Shown in pieces: positions 38,816-49,216 of a DNA stretch of 64,000 nt; position 1 is the stretch's first letter; each line of letters starts with the position of its first letter. Source of the stretch: Gammaproteobacteria bacterium (GTDB lineage Bacteria > Pseudomonadota > Gammaproteobacteria > Ga0077536); assembly GCA_020845935.1 (NCBI GenBank), contig JADLEV010000039.1, positions 32,078 through 96,077 on the forward strand, in the 5' to 3' direction. The position numbers and the translations under genes are program-made. Below the pieces are notes generated by a model. That model ran no database searches. It saw nothing but the letters and a program-made list of their open reading frames with translations, and was not told the DNA's origin.

Positions 38816-39162
38816 CCCTGCCTACAAAGCGTGAGTGTTCTTTCCCGGCGCGGCCACGTGCGGCAAGGTCCACCAACAGTTCCTGCCGCGGGCCGAAAAT
38901 CTCGAACGCCAGGACAGCTTCCGGATCTGCTTATCCGAGGCGTGCGATGTTTTCCGCGACCGTCCCGCTGAACAGTTCGACGTCCTGCGGAACATAGCCA
39001 ATATAGAGACCCAACGGGTCACGCGGCCACGATGCAACGTCGGTGCCGTACGCTCGATCTACAGGGACACAACGGCACGATCAACATGCCGCTGTCGATT
39101 AAGCTGCTGAACAAGGCGACGTAAGCGAAATAGATGCGACCGCGGCGCAGATAATCGTTCAT
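38808..39162 (-). pseudogene. Remnant of a type I secretion ABC transporter (three fragments in different frames)
   Basis: My manual translation gives three fragments. (i) [31 protein letters not shown] (TM1-like). (ii) [43 protein letters not shown]-stop (38931-39065; Q-loop region of AprD/PrtD-type ATPases). (iii) EAVLAFEIFGPRQELLVDLAA...stop at 38808 (C-terminus). About 0.35 kb remains of an expected 1.7 kb. Confidence 0.7.
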
Positions 39163-39286
39163 CCCGACATCCCGAGCACGGCGACATGCGATGTACCCAG
39201 GCCCGCGACGCGGCCGAGCCACGTCGTGCAGGGCCTTACCCGCGCCGCGCCGTATAATGCCGCTCCCTTTCCGATCCCGGAACCAC

Positions 39287-40357
39287 ATGCTGCTGCGCCG
39301 CTACATCGTCCGCGAGGTCGTTCGTCTGTTTGGCGCGATCCTGATCGGGCTGCTGGTGTTGCTGGTCACGATTCAGCTCGCCGCGTATCTCGACGATGCG
39401 GTCGCGGGCAAGGTCGCGTCGCCGGACGTGTTGCGACTCGTGTTGTACAAGACTGGGGCTCGCGTTGGTGAAGTGCTGCCGCTGGCGTTTTTCCTCGCAG
39501 CATTCACCGCGTTGGTGCGCTTGCGCCGCGACAACGAACTCGTGGTCATGCGGCTTGCCGGGCTGAAGCCGCGGACCATCGCGATCGCGATGCTGGGTTG
39601 CGCCGCCATCGTTGCCTTCTCCGGGGCCGGTTTCACGCTGTTCGCGCAACCGCATTTCGAGCGTGGCTTTCGCGACGTGAAGCACGAATCGGTCCGCCGC
39701 GCGACGATACTGGGTGTCCAGGCCGGCCGCTTCCAGCCCATGGGCGAGGCCGAACGCGTCATCTATGCGGAACGAATCAGCGACGATGGTGCGGCGATTG
39801 AAAATGCCTTCGTGCAACTGACCGTCCGGGACGGCACCCGGGTCGTCTCTGCGCGCAGGGCCCAGCTCGAAGCAGGAGATCGCGGTCGCTATGCCGTGTT
39901 GCATGACGGCGAGAGCTACCAGGGTGCGCCGGGGCGACGCGACTACGTCATCACCGCGTTCGCGCAATACGGCGTGCTGGTCGAGGAGGCGCGTCAGGAC
40001 CTCGCCTGGCAGGGTACGAAGTTCATGTCGGCCAGGCAATTACTCGCCTCCCGCGACCACGAACGGCGTGCCGAACTCAACGCGCGACTTTCACTGCCGC
40101 TGGCAACGCTGGTGCTGGCACTGCTTGCCGTGGTACTCGTGCCGTTTCGGCAGCAACAGCAAATTGCGATACCTTTGCTCACGGCGATCGCGGTATATTT
40201 TCTGTACACCAACCTGCTGGTCGTGGCGAACGGGTTGATGCGGGTCGGCAGGACGCCGGCGTGGTTGGGTTCGTGGTGGCTGCACGTCGCGGTACTCATC
40301 GTGTTATCAACCGCTCTTTCGCTGCGTGGCCTGCGTAATCTCGTCCGGCGAAGATGA
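39287..40357 (+). CDS. lptF: LptF/LptG-family (YjgP/YjgQ) LPS export permease
   Basis: From the ATG at 39287: [31 protein letters not shown]... Six-TM plus periplasmic beta-jellyroll layout, 356 aa. The LptF-versus-LptG assignment is tentative. Confidence 0.75.
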   Translation: MLLRRYIVREVVRLFGAILIGLLVLLVTIQLAAYLDDAVAGKVASPDVLRLVLYKTGARVGEVLPLAFFLAAFTALVRLRRDNELVVMRLAGLKPRTIAIAMLGCAAIVAFSGAGFTLFAQPHFERGFRDVKHESVRRATILGVQAGRFQPMGEAERVIYAERISDDGAAIENAFVQLTVRDGTRVVSARRAQLEAGDRGRYAVLHDGESYQGAPGRRDYVITAFAQYGVLVEEARQDLAWQGTKFMSARQLLASRDHERRAELNARLSLPLATLVLALLAVVLVPFRQQQQIAIPLLTAIAVYFLYTNLLVVANGLMRVGRTPAWLGSWWLHVAVLIVLSTALSLRGLRNLVRRR

Positions 40358-41709
40358 CTCTATCGATCAAGGAACTGCTGCACCAGGATCAGCCGCTGGC
40401 CATGGTGGTCGCGAACGGCTGGGTGCGGACGCGGCGCGATGGCAAGGACGTATCGTTCCTGGAGCTCAACGATGGCTCCTGCCTGGGCAATCTGCAAGTG
40501 GTCGTTACCACGGGTCCGGACACTCTGAGCGGAGTCACCACCGGCGCGGCAATTCGTGTCAGCGGCGCGCTGCTTGAATCGCCCGGCAAGAACCAACGCT
40601 GGGAATTGCGCGCCGAGCATATCGAACTCTACGGCGGCTGCCCGGAACCGTATCCGTTGCAGAAGAAGCGCCACAGTGACGAGTTCCTGCGCACCATCGC
40701 GCATCTGCGCGCCCGGACCAATAAGTACGGCGCGGTGGCGCGGATCCGCTCGCGCCTCGCCTACGGGATCCATGAATTTTTCCAGCGGCGCGGCTTCCAT
40801 TACATCCACACGCCCATCATCACCGGATCCGATTGCGAAGGTGCCGGCGAGATGTTTCGCGTCACGACGCTTGACCCGAGGCAGGGCGCGCTCGACCCAG
40901 CGGATGATTTCTTCGGCAAGCCAGCCTATCTGACCGTATCCGGCCAGTTGTCGTTGGAGACCTACTGCCTTGGTCTCGGCAAGGTCTATACATTCGGTCC
41001 AACCTTTCGCTCCGAGAACTCGAATACCAGCCGGCACATGGCGGAGTTCTGGATGATCGAACCGGAGATCGCGTTCGCAGATCTTGTCGCCGACATCGAC
41101 TTGGCCGAGGCGATGGTGCGCGAACTGGTCGGCTTTGCCTTGCACGATTGCGCCGAGGACCTGGATCTGTTCAACCGCTTCGTCGATCCGACGCTGCTGG
41201 CTCGTCTGACGCGGCTGGCGGCGGAGCCGTTCGTCCGACTGAGCTATACCGATGCCATCGATTGCCTGCGCTGCAGCGGGCGCGCATTCACCTTCGAGCC
41301 GGTCTGGGGCGGCGATCTCCAATCCGAGCACGAACGCTTCCTGACCGAGGACGAATTCGGCAAGCCGGTGGTGGTGTACGACTGGCCCGCCGACATCAAG
41401 GCCTTCTACATGCGACGCAACGACGATGGCCGCACCGTCGCCGCGATGGACGTGCTGGTGCCGGGCTCCGGCGAACTCATCGGCGGCAGCCAGCGCGAGG
41501 AACGCTTCGACGTACTCGTCGCGCAGATCGAGCGCCGCGGCCTCGTGCCGGAACACTATTGGTGGTATCTCGACACGCGACGGTTCGGCTCCGCACCGCA
41601 TGCCGGGTTTGGTCTTGGCTTTGAACGCCTGCTGATGCTGCTGACCGGCATCAGCAATATCCGTGATGTCATTCCGTTTCCACGTACCCCCAAGAACCTG
41701 GAGTTCTGA
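40354..41709 (+). CDS. asnS: Asparagine--tRNA ligase
   Basis: 451 aa. OB-fold N-terminus ([21 protein letters not shown]), class II motifs ([53 protein letters not shown]). Confidence 0.9.
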   Translation: MTLSIKELLHQDQPLAMVVANGWVRTRRDGKDVSFLELNDGSCLGNLQVVVTTGPDTLSGVTTGAAIRVSGALLESPGKNQRWELRAEHIELYGGCPEPYPLQKKRHSDEFLRTIAHLRARTNKYGAVARIRSRLAYGIHEFFQRRGFHYIHTPIITGSDCEGAGEMFRVTTLDPRQGALDPADDFFGKPAYLTVSGQLSLETYCLGLGKVYTFGPTFRSENSNTSRHMAEFWMIEPEIAFADLVADIDLAEAMVRELVGFALHDCAEDLDLFNRFVDPTLLARLTRLAAEPFVRLSYTDAIDCLRCSGRAFTFEPVWGGDLQSEHERFLTEDEFGKPVVVYDWPADIKAFYMRRNDDGRTVAAMDVLVPGSGELIGGSQREERFDVLVAQIERRGLVPEHYWWYLDTRRFGSAPHAGFGLGFERLLMLLTGISNIRDVIPFPRTPKNLEF

Positions 41710-41711
41710 CA

Positions 41712-42569
41712 ATGAAAAGATGGCTCGTGCTGTTGCTTGCTCTGACCTCTGCCGCGCCGGTTATCGCGCAGGATTGCGATCGCGCCTGTCTGCGCAACAT
41801 GATCGACCGCTATCTTGAGGCGCTCGTCAAGCATGATCCGAGGTCGCTGCCGCTGGCCGCAACAGTTCGGTTCACCGAGGACACCCAGGAGTTGCAACTG
41901 GGCGAGGGACTCTGGCGGACGATCGAAGGATTGCGTCCATTCCGGCAGGACATTCTCGACGTGCGCGGTGGCGTCGCCGGCGTGCATGTGGTCGCAATCG
42001 AAGGTGGCCAGCCGGTGCTGGTCGCGGTTCGGCTCAAGATCGACGGCGGCAAGATCAGCGGCGTCGAATCGACCGTCGTGCGCAATCGCGAGGAAGGGAT
42101 GATCTTCAACATTGACGCGATCAAGGAGGTCAGCGCGGCGATGAACGTGACGCCGGTGCCGGCACAGCGAAACACGCGCGAGGACTTACAGCGCTTGGCG
42201 CTGCTCTATCCGGAAGGATTGCGGGTTGGCAGTTTCGTCAAGGCCGATGCGCAGTTCACCAAGGAAGCGTATCGCATCGAGAACGGGCAATTGATGGCCG
42301 GCCCCGGCTGCACGTTCTTTCAAGGTTGCGACAACGTTCGCGAGCAGCGCATCCCGACGCTGGCGGGCATCAAGACGAGAGTCGCCGCGATCGACGAGGA
42401 GCAGGGAATTGTCTGGCTGCGGATGAACTTCGGTCCGGGCTCGCTGATGCGCGGTCAGGGCGAGCTTTCGGTCTGGGAGATGTTCAAGATCTACGACGGC
42501 CGCATTCAGGCAATCGAAGCATTCATGGAAGTGGTGCCGGTAGCGACGCCGTTCCTCTGGGACTATTGA
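41712..42569 (+). CDS. Secreted hypothetical protein
   Basis: Signal peptide MKRWLVLLLALTSAAPVIAQ. Protein-like composition; I recognised no family. Confidence 0.6.
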   Translation: MKRWLVLLLALTSAAPVIAQDCDRACLRNMIDRYLEALVKHDPRSLPLAATVRFTEDTQELQLGEGLWRTIEGLRPFRQDILDVRGGVAGVHVVAIEGGQPVLVAVRLKIDGGKISGVESTVVRNREEGMIFNIDAIKEVSAAMNVTPVPAQRNTREDLQRLALLYPEGLRVGSFVKADAQFTKEAYRIENGQLMAGPGCTFFQGCDNVREQRIPTLAGIKTRVAAIDEEQGIVWLRMNFGPGSLMRGQGELSVWEMFKIYDGRIQAIEAFMEVVPVATPFLWDY

Positions 42570-42600
42570 GCAACAGTCGGGCCTGTGCCGGACCAGCCGC

Positions 42601-42634
42601 CTCTGAACAAGTCCTGGCAAGGACTTGTTCAGAG
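42601..42634. repeat. REP-like perfect palindrome / bidirectional terminator-like hairpin
   Basis: CTCTGAACAAGTCC-TGGCAA-GGACTTGTTCAGAG (14-bp perfect stem) between convergent genes. The core recurs at 52292-52318, and a variant at 63473-63501. Confidence 0.7.
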
Positions 42635-42650
42635 AGCGCTCGGAACAACC

Positions 42651-43952
42651 TCAGAGATTCTTGATCAGTTCGTCGCCGAACTCGCTGCACTTGATTTCTG
42701 TGGCGCCGGTCATCAAACGAGCGAAGTCATAGGTCACGGTCTTGTTCGAGATGGTCGCGTCCATTGACTTGATGATGAGATCGGCGGCTTCGGTCCAGCG
42801 CATGTGCCGCAGCATCATTTCCGCGGACAGCAGCACCGAACCCGGATTGACCTTGTCGAGATTCGCATACTTCGGCGCGGTGCCGTGGGTCGCCTCGAAC
42901 ACGGCATGCCCCGTCAAGTAGTTGATGTTGCCTCCCGGCGCGATGCCGATGCCGCCAACCTGCGCAGCGACCGCGTCGGAAAGGTAGTCGCCGTTGAGAT
43001 TCAGTGTCGCGATGACGTCGAACTCGTCCGGCCGGGTCAAAACCTGCTGCAGCGTGATATCGGCGATGGCGTCCTTGACCAACAGTTTGCCCTCGGCAAG
43101 GGCGCGCTTTTGTGCCGCGTTGGCGGCTTCTGTTCCCTCCTTGGCCTGAATCCGGTTCCAGAGTTCCCAACTGAACGTCTCCGCCGCGAACTCGCGATCC
43201 GCGAGCGCATAACCCCAGTTGCGGAATGCACCTTCGGTATATGTCATGATGTTGCCCTTGTGCACCAGCGTCAGGCTCTTGCGCTTGTTTTCGATCGCGT
43301 ACTTGATCGCAGCGCGGACCAGCCGCTCGGTGCCATCGCGGGACACGGGTTTGATGCCGATACCGGTCGATTCGGGAAACCGGATCTTGCGATAGGCATC
43401 CGGAAACGATTGCTGGAACTGCTGCAGGAACTGGGTGCATTCCGGCGTGCCGCTCTCGAATTCGATGCCGGCGTAGATGTCCTCGGTGTTCTCGCGAAAG
43501 ATCACCATGTCGATCAGTTCCGGGTGCCGCACGGGTGACGGCACGCCGCGGAACCAGCGTACCGGACGCAGGCAGACGTAAAGATCGAGTTCCTGCCGGA
43601 TCGCGACATTCAACGAGCGAAAGCCGCCGCCGACCGGGGTCGTCAATGGGCCCTTGATGGATATCAGGAAATCGCGACAGGCGTCCAGAGTCTGCTCCGG
43701 CAGCCAGGAACCGAGCAGGTTGTTGGCCTTTTCGCCGGCGTAGATTTCCATCCAGGCGATCTTGCGCTTGCCGCCATACGCCTTCGCGACTGCTGCATCG
43801 ATGACTCGGACTGAAGCACGCCAGACATCCGGGCCGATCCCGTCACCTTCGATGAATGGAATAATCGGATTGTTAGGGACGTCGAGTTGGTGGTTTCGTA
43901 CCGTGATCCGCGATCCTTCGGCGGGAACTTGATAAGGGCTGGACAATGGCAT
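42651..43952 (-). CDS. icd: NADP-dependent isocitrate dehydrogenase
   Basis: From the ATG at 43952: [62 protein letters not shown]. Appears collinear with E. coli Icd from memory. Confidence 0.92.
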   Translation of the reverse strand: MPLSSPYQVPAEGSRITVRNHQLDVPNNPIIPFIEGDGIGPDVWRASVRVIDAAVAKAYGGKRKIAWMEIYAGEKANNLLGSWLPEQTLDACRDFLISIKGPLTTPVGGGFRSLNVAIRQELDLYVCLRPVRWFRGVPSPVRHPELIDMVIFRENTEDIYAGIEFESGTPECTQFLQQFQQSFPDAYRKIRFPESTGIGIKPVSRDGTERLVRAAIKYAIENKRKSLTLVHKGNIMTYTEGAFRNWGYALADREFAAETFSWELWNRIQAKEGTEAANAAQKRALAEGKLLVKDAIADITLQQVLTRPDEFDVIATLNLNGDYLSDAVAAQVGGIGIAPGGNINYLTGHAVFEATHGTAPKYANLDKVNPGSVLLSAEMMLRHMRWTEAADLIIKSMDATISNKTVTYDFARLMTGATEIKCSEFGDELIKNL

Positions 43953-44080
43953 GCTCCGCTTGAATGTGTTGCGAAATTTATAAAATATTCCCATAAAAAA
44001 CGTGGCAGCGCTACGCTGGACGCTGCGTATTCGGTATGCTGCGGCCGCCTGGTATCAGGTAATAAAAATAGTTTGTATAC

Positions 44081-45559
44081 GTGACGCTGGAAACTCATCG
44101 CAAATACCGAATACTCATAATCGATGAAAATGAAACGGATCGCGAACTGCTCACCCTTTCGCTCCGGAGCCAACTGCCGAACGTAGACGTTCTGCAGGCT
44201 AATTCGGCCACGGAATTCGCGACGCACCTGGCAACCGGTGCGTTGGATGCGCTGATCGCTGATGCGGTAATCGATTGGGGTTCACCATTCGAGCTGGCGG
44301 ACGTGGCACGCCGCCGGAACGGTGCGTGCGCGGCGATCCTGTTCACGAATGCGGCGCAGAGCGTGGCTGACGATGCCTGCATTGGCCGGCTGATCGACCT
44401 CAATCTGGTCAAGGACAGCGCCGGCTTTTTGCAGTTGCCGAAAAAGCTCGAGCGGGTCGTCGCCAAACAGCTCGAACTGACCCAGATCCTCAGCGATCAC
44501 GCAACCGCAATCGGCCTGGAGTCCATGCCGGTGCCCAATTTCGTGCTCGATTCCCAGGGCCGGCTCTGCACCGGCAATGAGGCATTCGAAGACCTTTTAC
44601 ACCTGCCGCGGTATCGTTACATTGGCGCACGGATCGACCAACTGTTTAGCGCGGCAGGACAGGCGGAAGCCTGGGTTCCGGCGCTGTTGGCGGGTGATGT
44701 GGAACCTGGTGCCATTACCACCGACGTATCGGTTCGATCGGATTTGGCTGCCGTCACAGGTTTCAGGATGGTCGTGTGGCCACTGGCACGGGACGGCTCG
44801 TCCGGGCGTCACTGGAGCGGAATCCTGGTAACCAACCAATCGCTGTCGCCGGCGGAAGCCTCGCTGGCGCTCGCTGAATCCGCAACAGTGCCGTTGCAGC
44901 AGGCGCTCTCCCACGATCTGCAGCAACCGCTACAGATCGTGATTCGCCAAGCCTCCTGGTTGATCGAGAAGCACGGCGCCTTGTTGGCCACCGACGCGCT
45001 CGAATCGGTACGGCATATCCACGCGAGTTCCTTGCGCATGCAGGAAATGCTCGATGGCGTAACGGCACTGTATCGGATCGGCCAGGTGCCGCAGCGCTTC
45101 GATACCGTGGCACTGGATCAGGTCGTGCGCCAGGCGCTGGAAAACCTTGCCGTGGCGATTGAGGATTCCGCAGCAACCGTTGAAACCGGTCCCTTGCCCA
45201 CCCTCACGGGCAATCGCGGGCAGCTGGTGCAACTGTTCCAGAACCTGATTGCCAATGGCATCAAATTCTGCCGGGACCGCCTGCCACGTATCAAAATCTC
45301 GGCCGTCACAACCGAGCACGGCTGGCGGGTCCGGATCGAAGACAACGGTATCGGCATTGCGGCCGAGGATACGTTGCGGATTTTCGAGTTGTATCAAAGG
45401 TTGCATTCGGAGGATGAGTTCCCGGGAACGGGTGTTGGCCTCGCCCTTTGCAAACGCATCATGGAAAGCCATGGCGGGAAAATTTCGGTAGAATCGGCCC
45501 CCGGTAAGGGGTCAGTGTTCCTGCTGGATTTCGGCACGACGGAAACGACAGTCCAATGA
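44081..45559 (+). CDS. Hybrid sensor histidine kinase (N-terminal REC-like, PAS-like, HisKA, HATPase_c)
   Basis: RILIIDENETDRELL...LIADAVIDW (REC-like), H-box LSHDLQQPLQ, then NLIANGIKF, DNGIGI and GTGVGLALCKRIME. GTG start. Confidence 0.8.
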   Translation: MTLETHRKYRILIIDENETDRELLTLSLRSQLPNVDVLQANSATEFATHLATGALDALIADAVIDWGSPFELADVARRRNGACAAILFTNAAQSVADDACIGRLIDLNLVKDSAGFLQLPKKLERVVAKQLELTQILSDHATAIGLESMPVPNFVLDSQGRLCTGNEAFEDLLHLPRYRYIGARIDQLFSAAGQAEAWVPALLAGDVEPGAITTDVSVRSDLAAVTGFRMVVWPLARDGSSGRHWSGILVTNQSLSPAEASLALAESATVPLQQALSHDLQQPLQIVIRQASWLIEKHGALLATDALESVRHIHASSLRMQEMLDGVTALYRIGQVPQRFDTVALDQVVRQALENLAVAIEDSAATVETGPLPTLTGNRGQLVQLFQNLIANGIKFCRDRLPRIKISAVTTEHGWRVRIEDNGIGIAAEDTLRIFELYQRLHSEDEFPGTGVGLALCKRIMESHGGKISVESAPGKGSVFLLDFGTTETTVQ

Positions 45560-45580
45560 ACCTTTCACTGGGAGTGGGGA

Positions 45581-47728
45581 ATGCAGCATCCAGAGGAAGT
45601 ACTCTGTCGCATCCTGCTCATTGAAGATACGCCTGCCGAAGCGGATATCATTCGCAAGCTGCTGCAGGATGGCAGGCGATTCGCAATCGACCATGTCACA
45701 CGCCTGGAACAGGCGCTTTCTCGCCTCGCAGCGCAGGATTACTCCGTCATTCTGATGGATTTGCATTTGCCGGATGCATCCGGTGTCGATGGTTGTGCCC
45801 GGATTCTGGCGACCGCACCGCTCGCACCGGTTATCGTCCTGACCAACGAAAACAGCGATGAGCTCGCCATGGCGGCGATGCGCCTGGGCGCGCAGGACTA
45901 TCTCAACAAGCGCGAGATTGACCGGAAACTGCTGCTGCGCTCGGTCCAGTACGCCATCGAGCGCCATCGATCCGATGCTCGGCTGCGCGAAAGCGAGGAG
46001 CGCTACGCCCTGGCGGTGGCCGGAACCAATGACGGGGTATGGGATTGGAACTGCAAGACCGACGCCTTTTATTACTCACCGCGCTGGACGGAAATACTCG
46101 GTTGGTCCAATGAGACTGCACGAGCAAGCGGAGTGCAGTGCTGGCTTGAGCAAATCGATAGCCAGGATCGCGAATCCTTTGAACATGCATTGAATGATCT
46201 GAAGAGTGGCCAGGCCAGTCATCTCGAACATGAGCATCGGATCCGGACGCCGCAGGGTGAGGAGCGGTGGTTGTTGGTCCGCGGGCTGGCGGTCCGCGAC
46301 AGTGCCGGCGCGGTGCAGCGCATGGCGGGATCTGTATCGGATATCACGCGCCGCAAACAGGCGGAGTCGCAACTGATTCATGATGCCTTGCACGATTCCC
46401 TGACCAAACTGCCGAACCGCGCGCTCTACATGGATCACCTCGACCTCAGCCTGCGCCGGTACCTGCGGGATTCGTCCAAGCTGTTCGCGGCACTGTATTT
46501 CGACCTTGACCGGTTCAAGAACGTCAATGACAGCCTCGGCCACGCCGTTGGCGATCAACTGTTGGTTGAAGTCGCGCTGCGGCTCAAGAGCTGCCTGCGG
46601 CCCGGAGATACGCTGGCACGCCTGGGTGGCGATGAATTCGCCATCCTGCTTAACGATATCGCCGGCCCGACCGACGCCATCTACGTTGCCGAGCGGGTCC
46701 GGGATCATGTGACGAAGCCGTTCAGCATTGAGGGTCACATCGTTTATACCTCGGCGAGTGTCGGTATCGCGGTCAGTTCCGGAGCGTACCGCAAGCCGGG
46801 CGAGATACTGCGCGATGCGGATCTCGCAATGTATCGGGCCAAGGCGGATTCGAACGTCACCTATGCCGTATTCGATACGAACATGCATCAGCAGGCGCTG
46901 GCCCAGCATCGCCTGGAAACCGATCTGCGCCACGCGCTCGATGCCCGGGAATTCTTCCTGTGCTATCAACCGATCGTGGCGCTGGAAGATAGCCGGGTCT
47001 CCGGGTTTGAGGCGCTGATCCGTTGGGCACATCCCGAGCGCGGTGTCGTCAATCCGGACGACTTCATCTGGGCTGCTGAGGAAACCGGGCTGATTGTGCC
47101 GATTGGCTGGTGGGGCTTGGCCGAGGCATGCCGGCAAATCAAGCAATGGCAGCAGATGTTCCCGTCGACGCCGCCCTTGTCGGTCAGTGTCAACGTTTCC
47201 GGAAAGCTGTTGTTGACTGGCGATCTGCCAAAGCGCCTGCAGGCGCTGCTCGAAGAATGGAAGCTGACCCCGGACAGCCTGCGTCTCGAGATCACCGAGA
47301 ACGTCGTGATGGACCATGGCGAAATCGTGATGGATTCACTGCTGACCTTGCGCGCGCTCGGTATTCAGTTGCAAATCGATGATTTCGGCACCGGCTATTC
47401 GTCGCTCAGCTATCTGCAACGGTTCAACTACGACACCTTGAAGATTGACCGATCGTTCGTTCACAGCATGAGCGACAAGGTCGACAGCAGTGCCATCGTC
47501 GAGGCGATCGTGACGCTCGGCAATACGCTCGGCATGCGCGTCATTGCGGAGGGCGTGGAAACCCCGGAACAGGTACGGCGCCTGCGCGCGATGCGGTGCC
47601 CGGAGGCGCAGGGGTTCTGGTATTCGCGTCCCTTGCCGGAGCGCGAAGTGACCGGTCTGCTGGAGCAAGAAGCCGCGGGTGGCAGCAACACGCATGTGTT
47701 GCGGTTCAAATCCGGTACCTGCCATTGA
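45581..47728 (+). CDS. Response regulator with PAS, GGDEF and EAL domains (c-di-GMP turnover)
   Basis: REC (ILLIEDTPAEADI...VILMDLHLPD), PAS (NDGVWDWN), RLGGDEFAILL (intact GGDEF), EALIRW...DDFGTGYSSLSYL...EGVE (intact EAL motifs). Confidence 0.88.
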   Translation: MQHPEEVLCRILLIEDTPAEADIIRKLLQDGRRFAIDHVTRLEQALSRLAAQDYSVILMDLHLPDASGVDGCARILATAPLAPVIVLTNENSDELAMAAMRLGAQDYLNKREIDRKLLLRSVQYAIERHRSDARLRESEERYALAVAGTNDGVWDWNCKTDAFYYSPRWTEILGWSNETARASGVQCWLEQIDSQDRESFEHALNDLKSGQASHLEHEHRIRTPQGEERWLLVRGLAVRDSAGAVQRMAGSVSDITRRKQAESQLIHDALHDSLTKLPNRALYMDHLDLSLRRYLRDSSKLFAALYFDLDRFKNVNDSLGHAVGDQLLVEVALRLKSCLRPGDTLARLGGDEFAILLNDIAGPTDAIYVAERVRDHVTKPFSIEGHIVYTSASVGIAVSSGAYRKPGEILRDADLAMYRAKADSNVTYAVFDTNMHQQALAQHRLETDLRHALDAREFFLCYQPIVALEDSRVSGFEALIRWAHPERGVVNPDDFIWAAEETGLIVPIGWWGLAEACRQIKQWQQMFPSTPPLSVSVNVSGKLLLTGDLPKRLQALLEEWKLTPDSLRLEITENVVMDHGEIVMDSLLTLRALGIQLQIDDFGTGYSSLSYLQRFNYDTLKIDRSFVHSMSDKVDSSAIVEAIVTLGNTLGMRVIAEGVETPEQVRRLRAMRCPEAQGFWYSRPLPEREVTGLLEQEAAGGSNTHVLRFKSGTCH

Positions 47729-47829
47729 TGGCGCACGGCGCGTCTGCTTGATCGGTTCCGGCCGCGGCGTTGGTTTCCGACGCGTCAGCTTGCCATCAAA
47801 CCTTTGCCTGCGGGCGCTGACTCGGCTAA

Positions 47830-48720
47830 ATGAACGCTTTCTACCAACCCGAGCGCCCGTCAGCATCGCACGATCTCACCATCGGCCGAATCCGCTACCG
47901 GTGCTATTCGTGGGGCCCGGTGCAAGGCCGCCCTGTCTGGCTGTTGCACGGTTGGGCCGATTGCGCCTTGAGCTTCCAGCCGCTGATCGATCAGCTCAAT
48001 GCGGGTTTCCGCGCATTCGCGGCGGATTGGCGAGGTTTCGGCGAGACGGGGCGAGCCGCCGAGCATTACTGGTTTCCGGATTACCTGGCCGATCTCGAAA
48101 CCCTGCTCGAGGTATTCAGCCCAGGGCGCACGGTCGCACTGATCGGCCACAGCATGGGCGCGAATGTCGCGGCACTCTACGCCGGGATCCGGCCGAGCCG
48201 GGTCGATGCGCTGGTCTGTCTGGATGCGGCCGGTCTGCCGGCAAGCCCGGCTGCACTAGCCCCGTCGCGGTATGCACAATGGCTCGACGAGATTCGCGTC
48301 CCGGCGTTGCCGCGGGATTTCGCGACGCTGTCCGATCTCGTACGCCAGGTCCGCAAGCTCGCCCCGCGGGCCGATGCGGCGATTGCCACCTTCGTCGCGC
48401 AGCAGTGGGCGACACGGTTGCCGGATGGTCGCTACCGGTTGAAAATGGACCCGAAGCATCGACGGGTCAATGCCATCCTGTATCGGCGCGAAGAGGCAAT
48501 GGCGTGCTGGCGCAATGTGACGGCTCCGGCCCTGTTCCTGATCGGCGGTGAATCCTCGCTTGGCCGCGCTGAGACGCGACCCGAACTGGAGCGCGAACTG
48601 CGCCAATGCTTTCATGATGGCCGTATCGAACTCATTGGCGCATGCGGACACATGCTTCATATCGAGGCGCCGCGGTCGGTGGCTGCGGCGTTGAACGGGT
48701 TTCTCGGATCAGCGGGTTGA
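47830..48720 (+). CDS. Alpha/beta hydrolase fold protein
   Basis: WLLHGWADCALSF (HG oxyanion region), nucleophile elbow GHSMGA, and a C-terminal His (ACGHMLHIEAP). Confidence 0.75.
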   Translation: MNAFYQPERPSASHDLTIGRIRYRCYSWGPVQGRPVWLLHGWADCALSFQPLIDQLNAGFRAFAADWRGFGETGRAAEHYWFPDYLADLETLLEVFSPGRTVALIGHSMGANVAALYAGIRPSRVDALVCLDAAGLPASPAALAPSRYAQWLDEIRVPALPRDFATLSDLVRQVRKLAPRADAAIATFVAQQWATRLPDGRYRLKMDPKHRRVNAILYRREEAMACWRNVTAPALFLIGGESSLGRAETRPELERELRQCFHDGRIELIGACGHMLHIEAPRSVAAALNGFLGSAG

Positions 48721-48731
48721 GGGTATTGCCA

Positions 48732-49193
48732 GTGAGTGGGTATACGAGGATTCGCCAGTTCGCTGTGAACGGTTGGGCCGTGCTGGCGATGCTGTGTTTG
48801 GTGCTGCCGGCGACAGCAGCCGAGCCGGAACGACTGCTGATCACGACCGATTCGGGAACGCATGAATTCCTGGTCGAAGTGGCTCGAACGGACCGGGAAA
48901 AGGAGGTCGGCCTGATGTATCGCGAGGACCTGGCCCCCGATGCCGGAATGCTGTTCCTCTATGCGACACCGCAGCACGTGTCGATGTGGATGAAGAACAC
49001 GCTGATTCCGCTCGACATGCTGTTCCTCGATCAGGATCTCAAGGTTGTGCGCCTGGCCCGAAATACGACACCGCGCTCGCTGACATCGATTCCCTCCGGC
49101 CAGGTCGTTCGCGCCGTGCTGGAGCTTCGCGGTGGCCGCGCCGCGGAGCTCGGGATCCGCGAAGGAAGCCGCATCACCTATCCGGTCAAGTAG
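48732..49193 (+). CDS. DUF192 domain protein (secreted)
   Basis: Signal peptide, then EVARTDREKEVGLMYREDLAPDAGMLFLY...MWMKNTLIPLDMLFLD...VLELRGG, typical DUF192. The GTG start at 48732 is tentative. Confidence 0.7.
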   Translation: MSGYTRIRQFAVNGWAVLAMLCLVLPATAAEPERLLITTDSGTHEFLVEVARTDREKEVGLMYREDLAPDAGMLFLYATPQHVSMWMKNTLIPLDMLFLDQDLKVVRLARNTTPRSLTSIPSGQVVRAVLELRGGRAAELGIREGSRITYPVK

Positions 49194-49216
49194 TTCCCAC
49201 TTTCGAGCCGATTGCA

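Noticed and set aside
38835-39110. A plus-strand 91-aa ORF in the T1SS scar
   Set aside because: It is antisense to the recognisable ABC ATPase fragment ([21 protein letters not shown]) and has no independent support.
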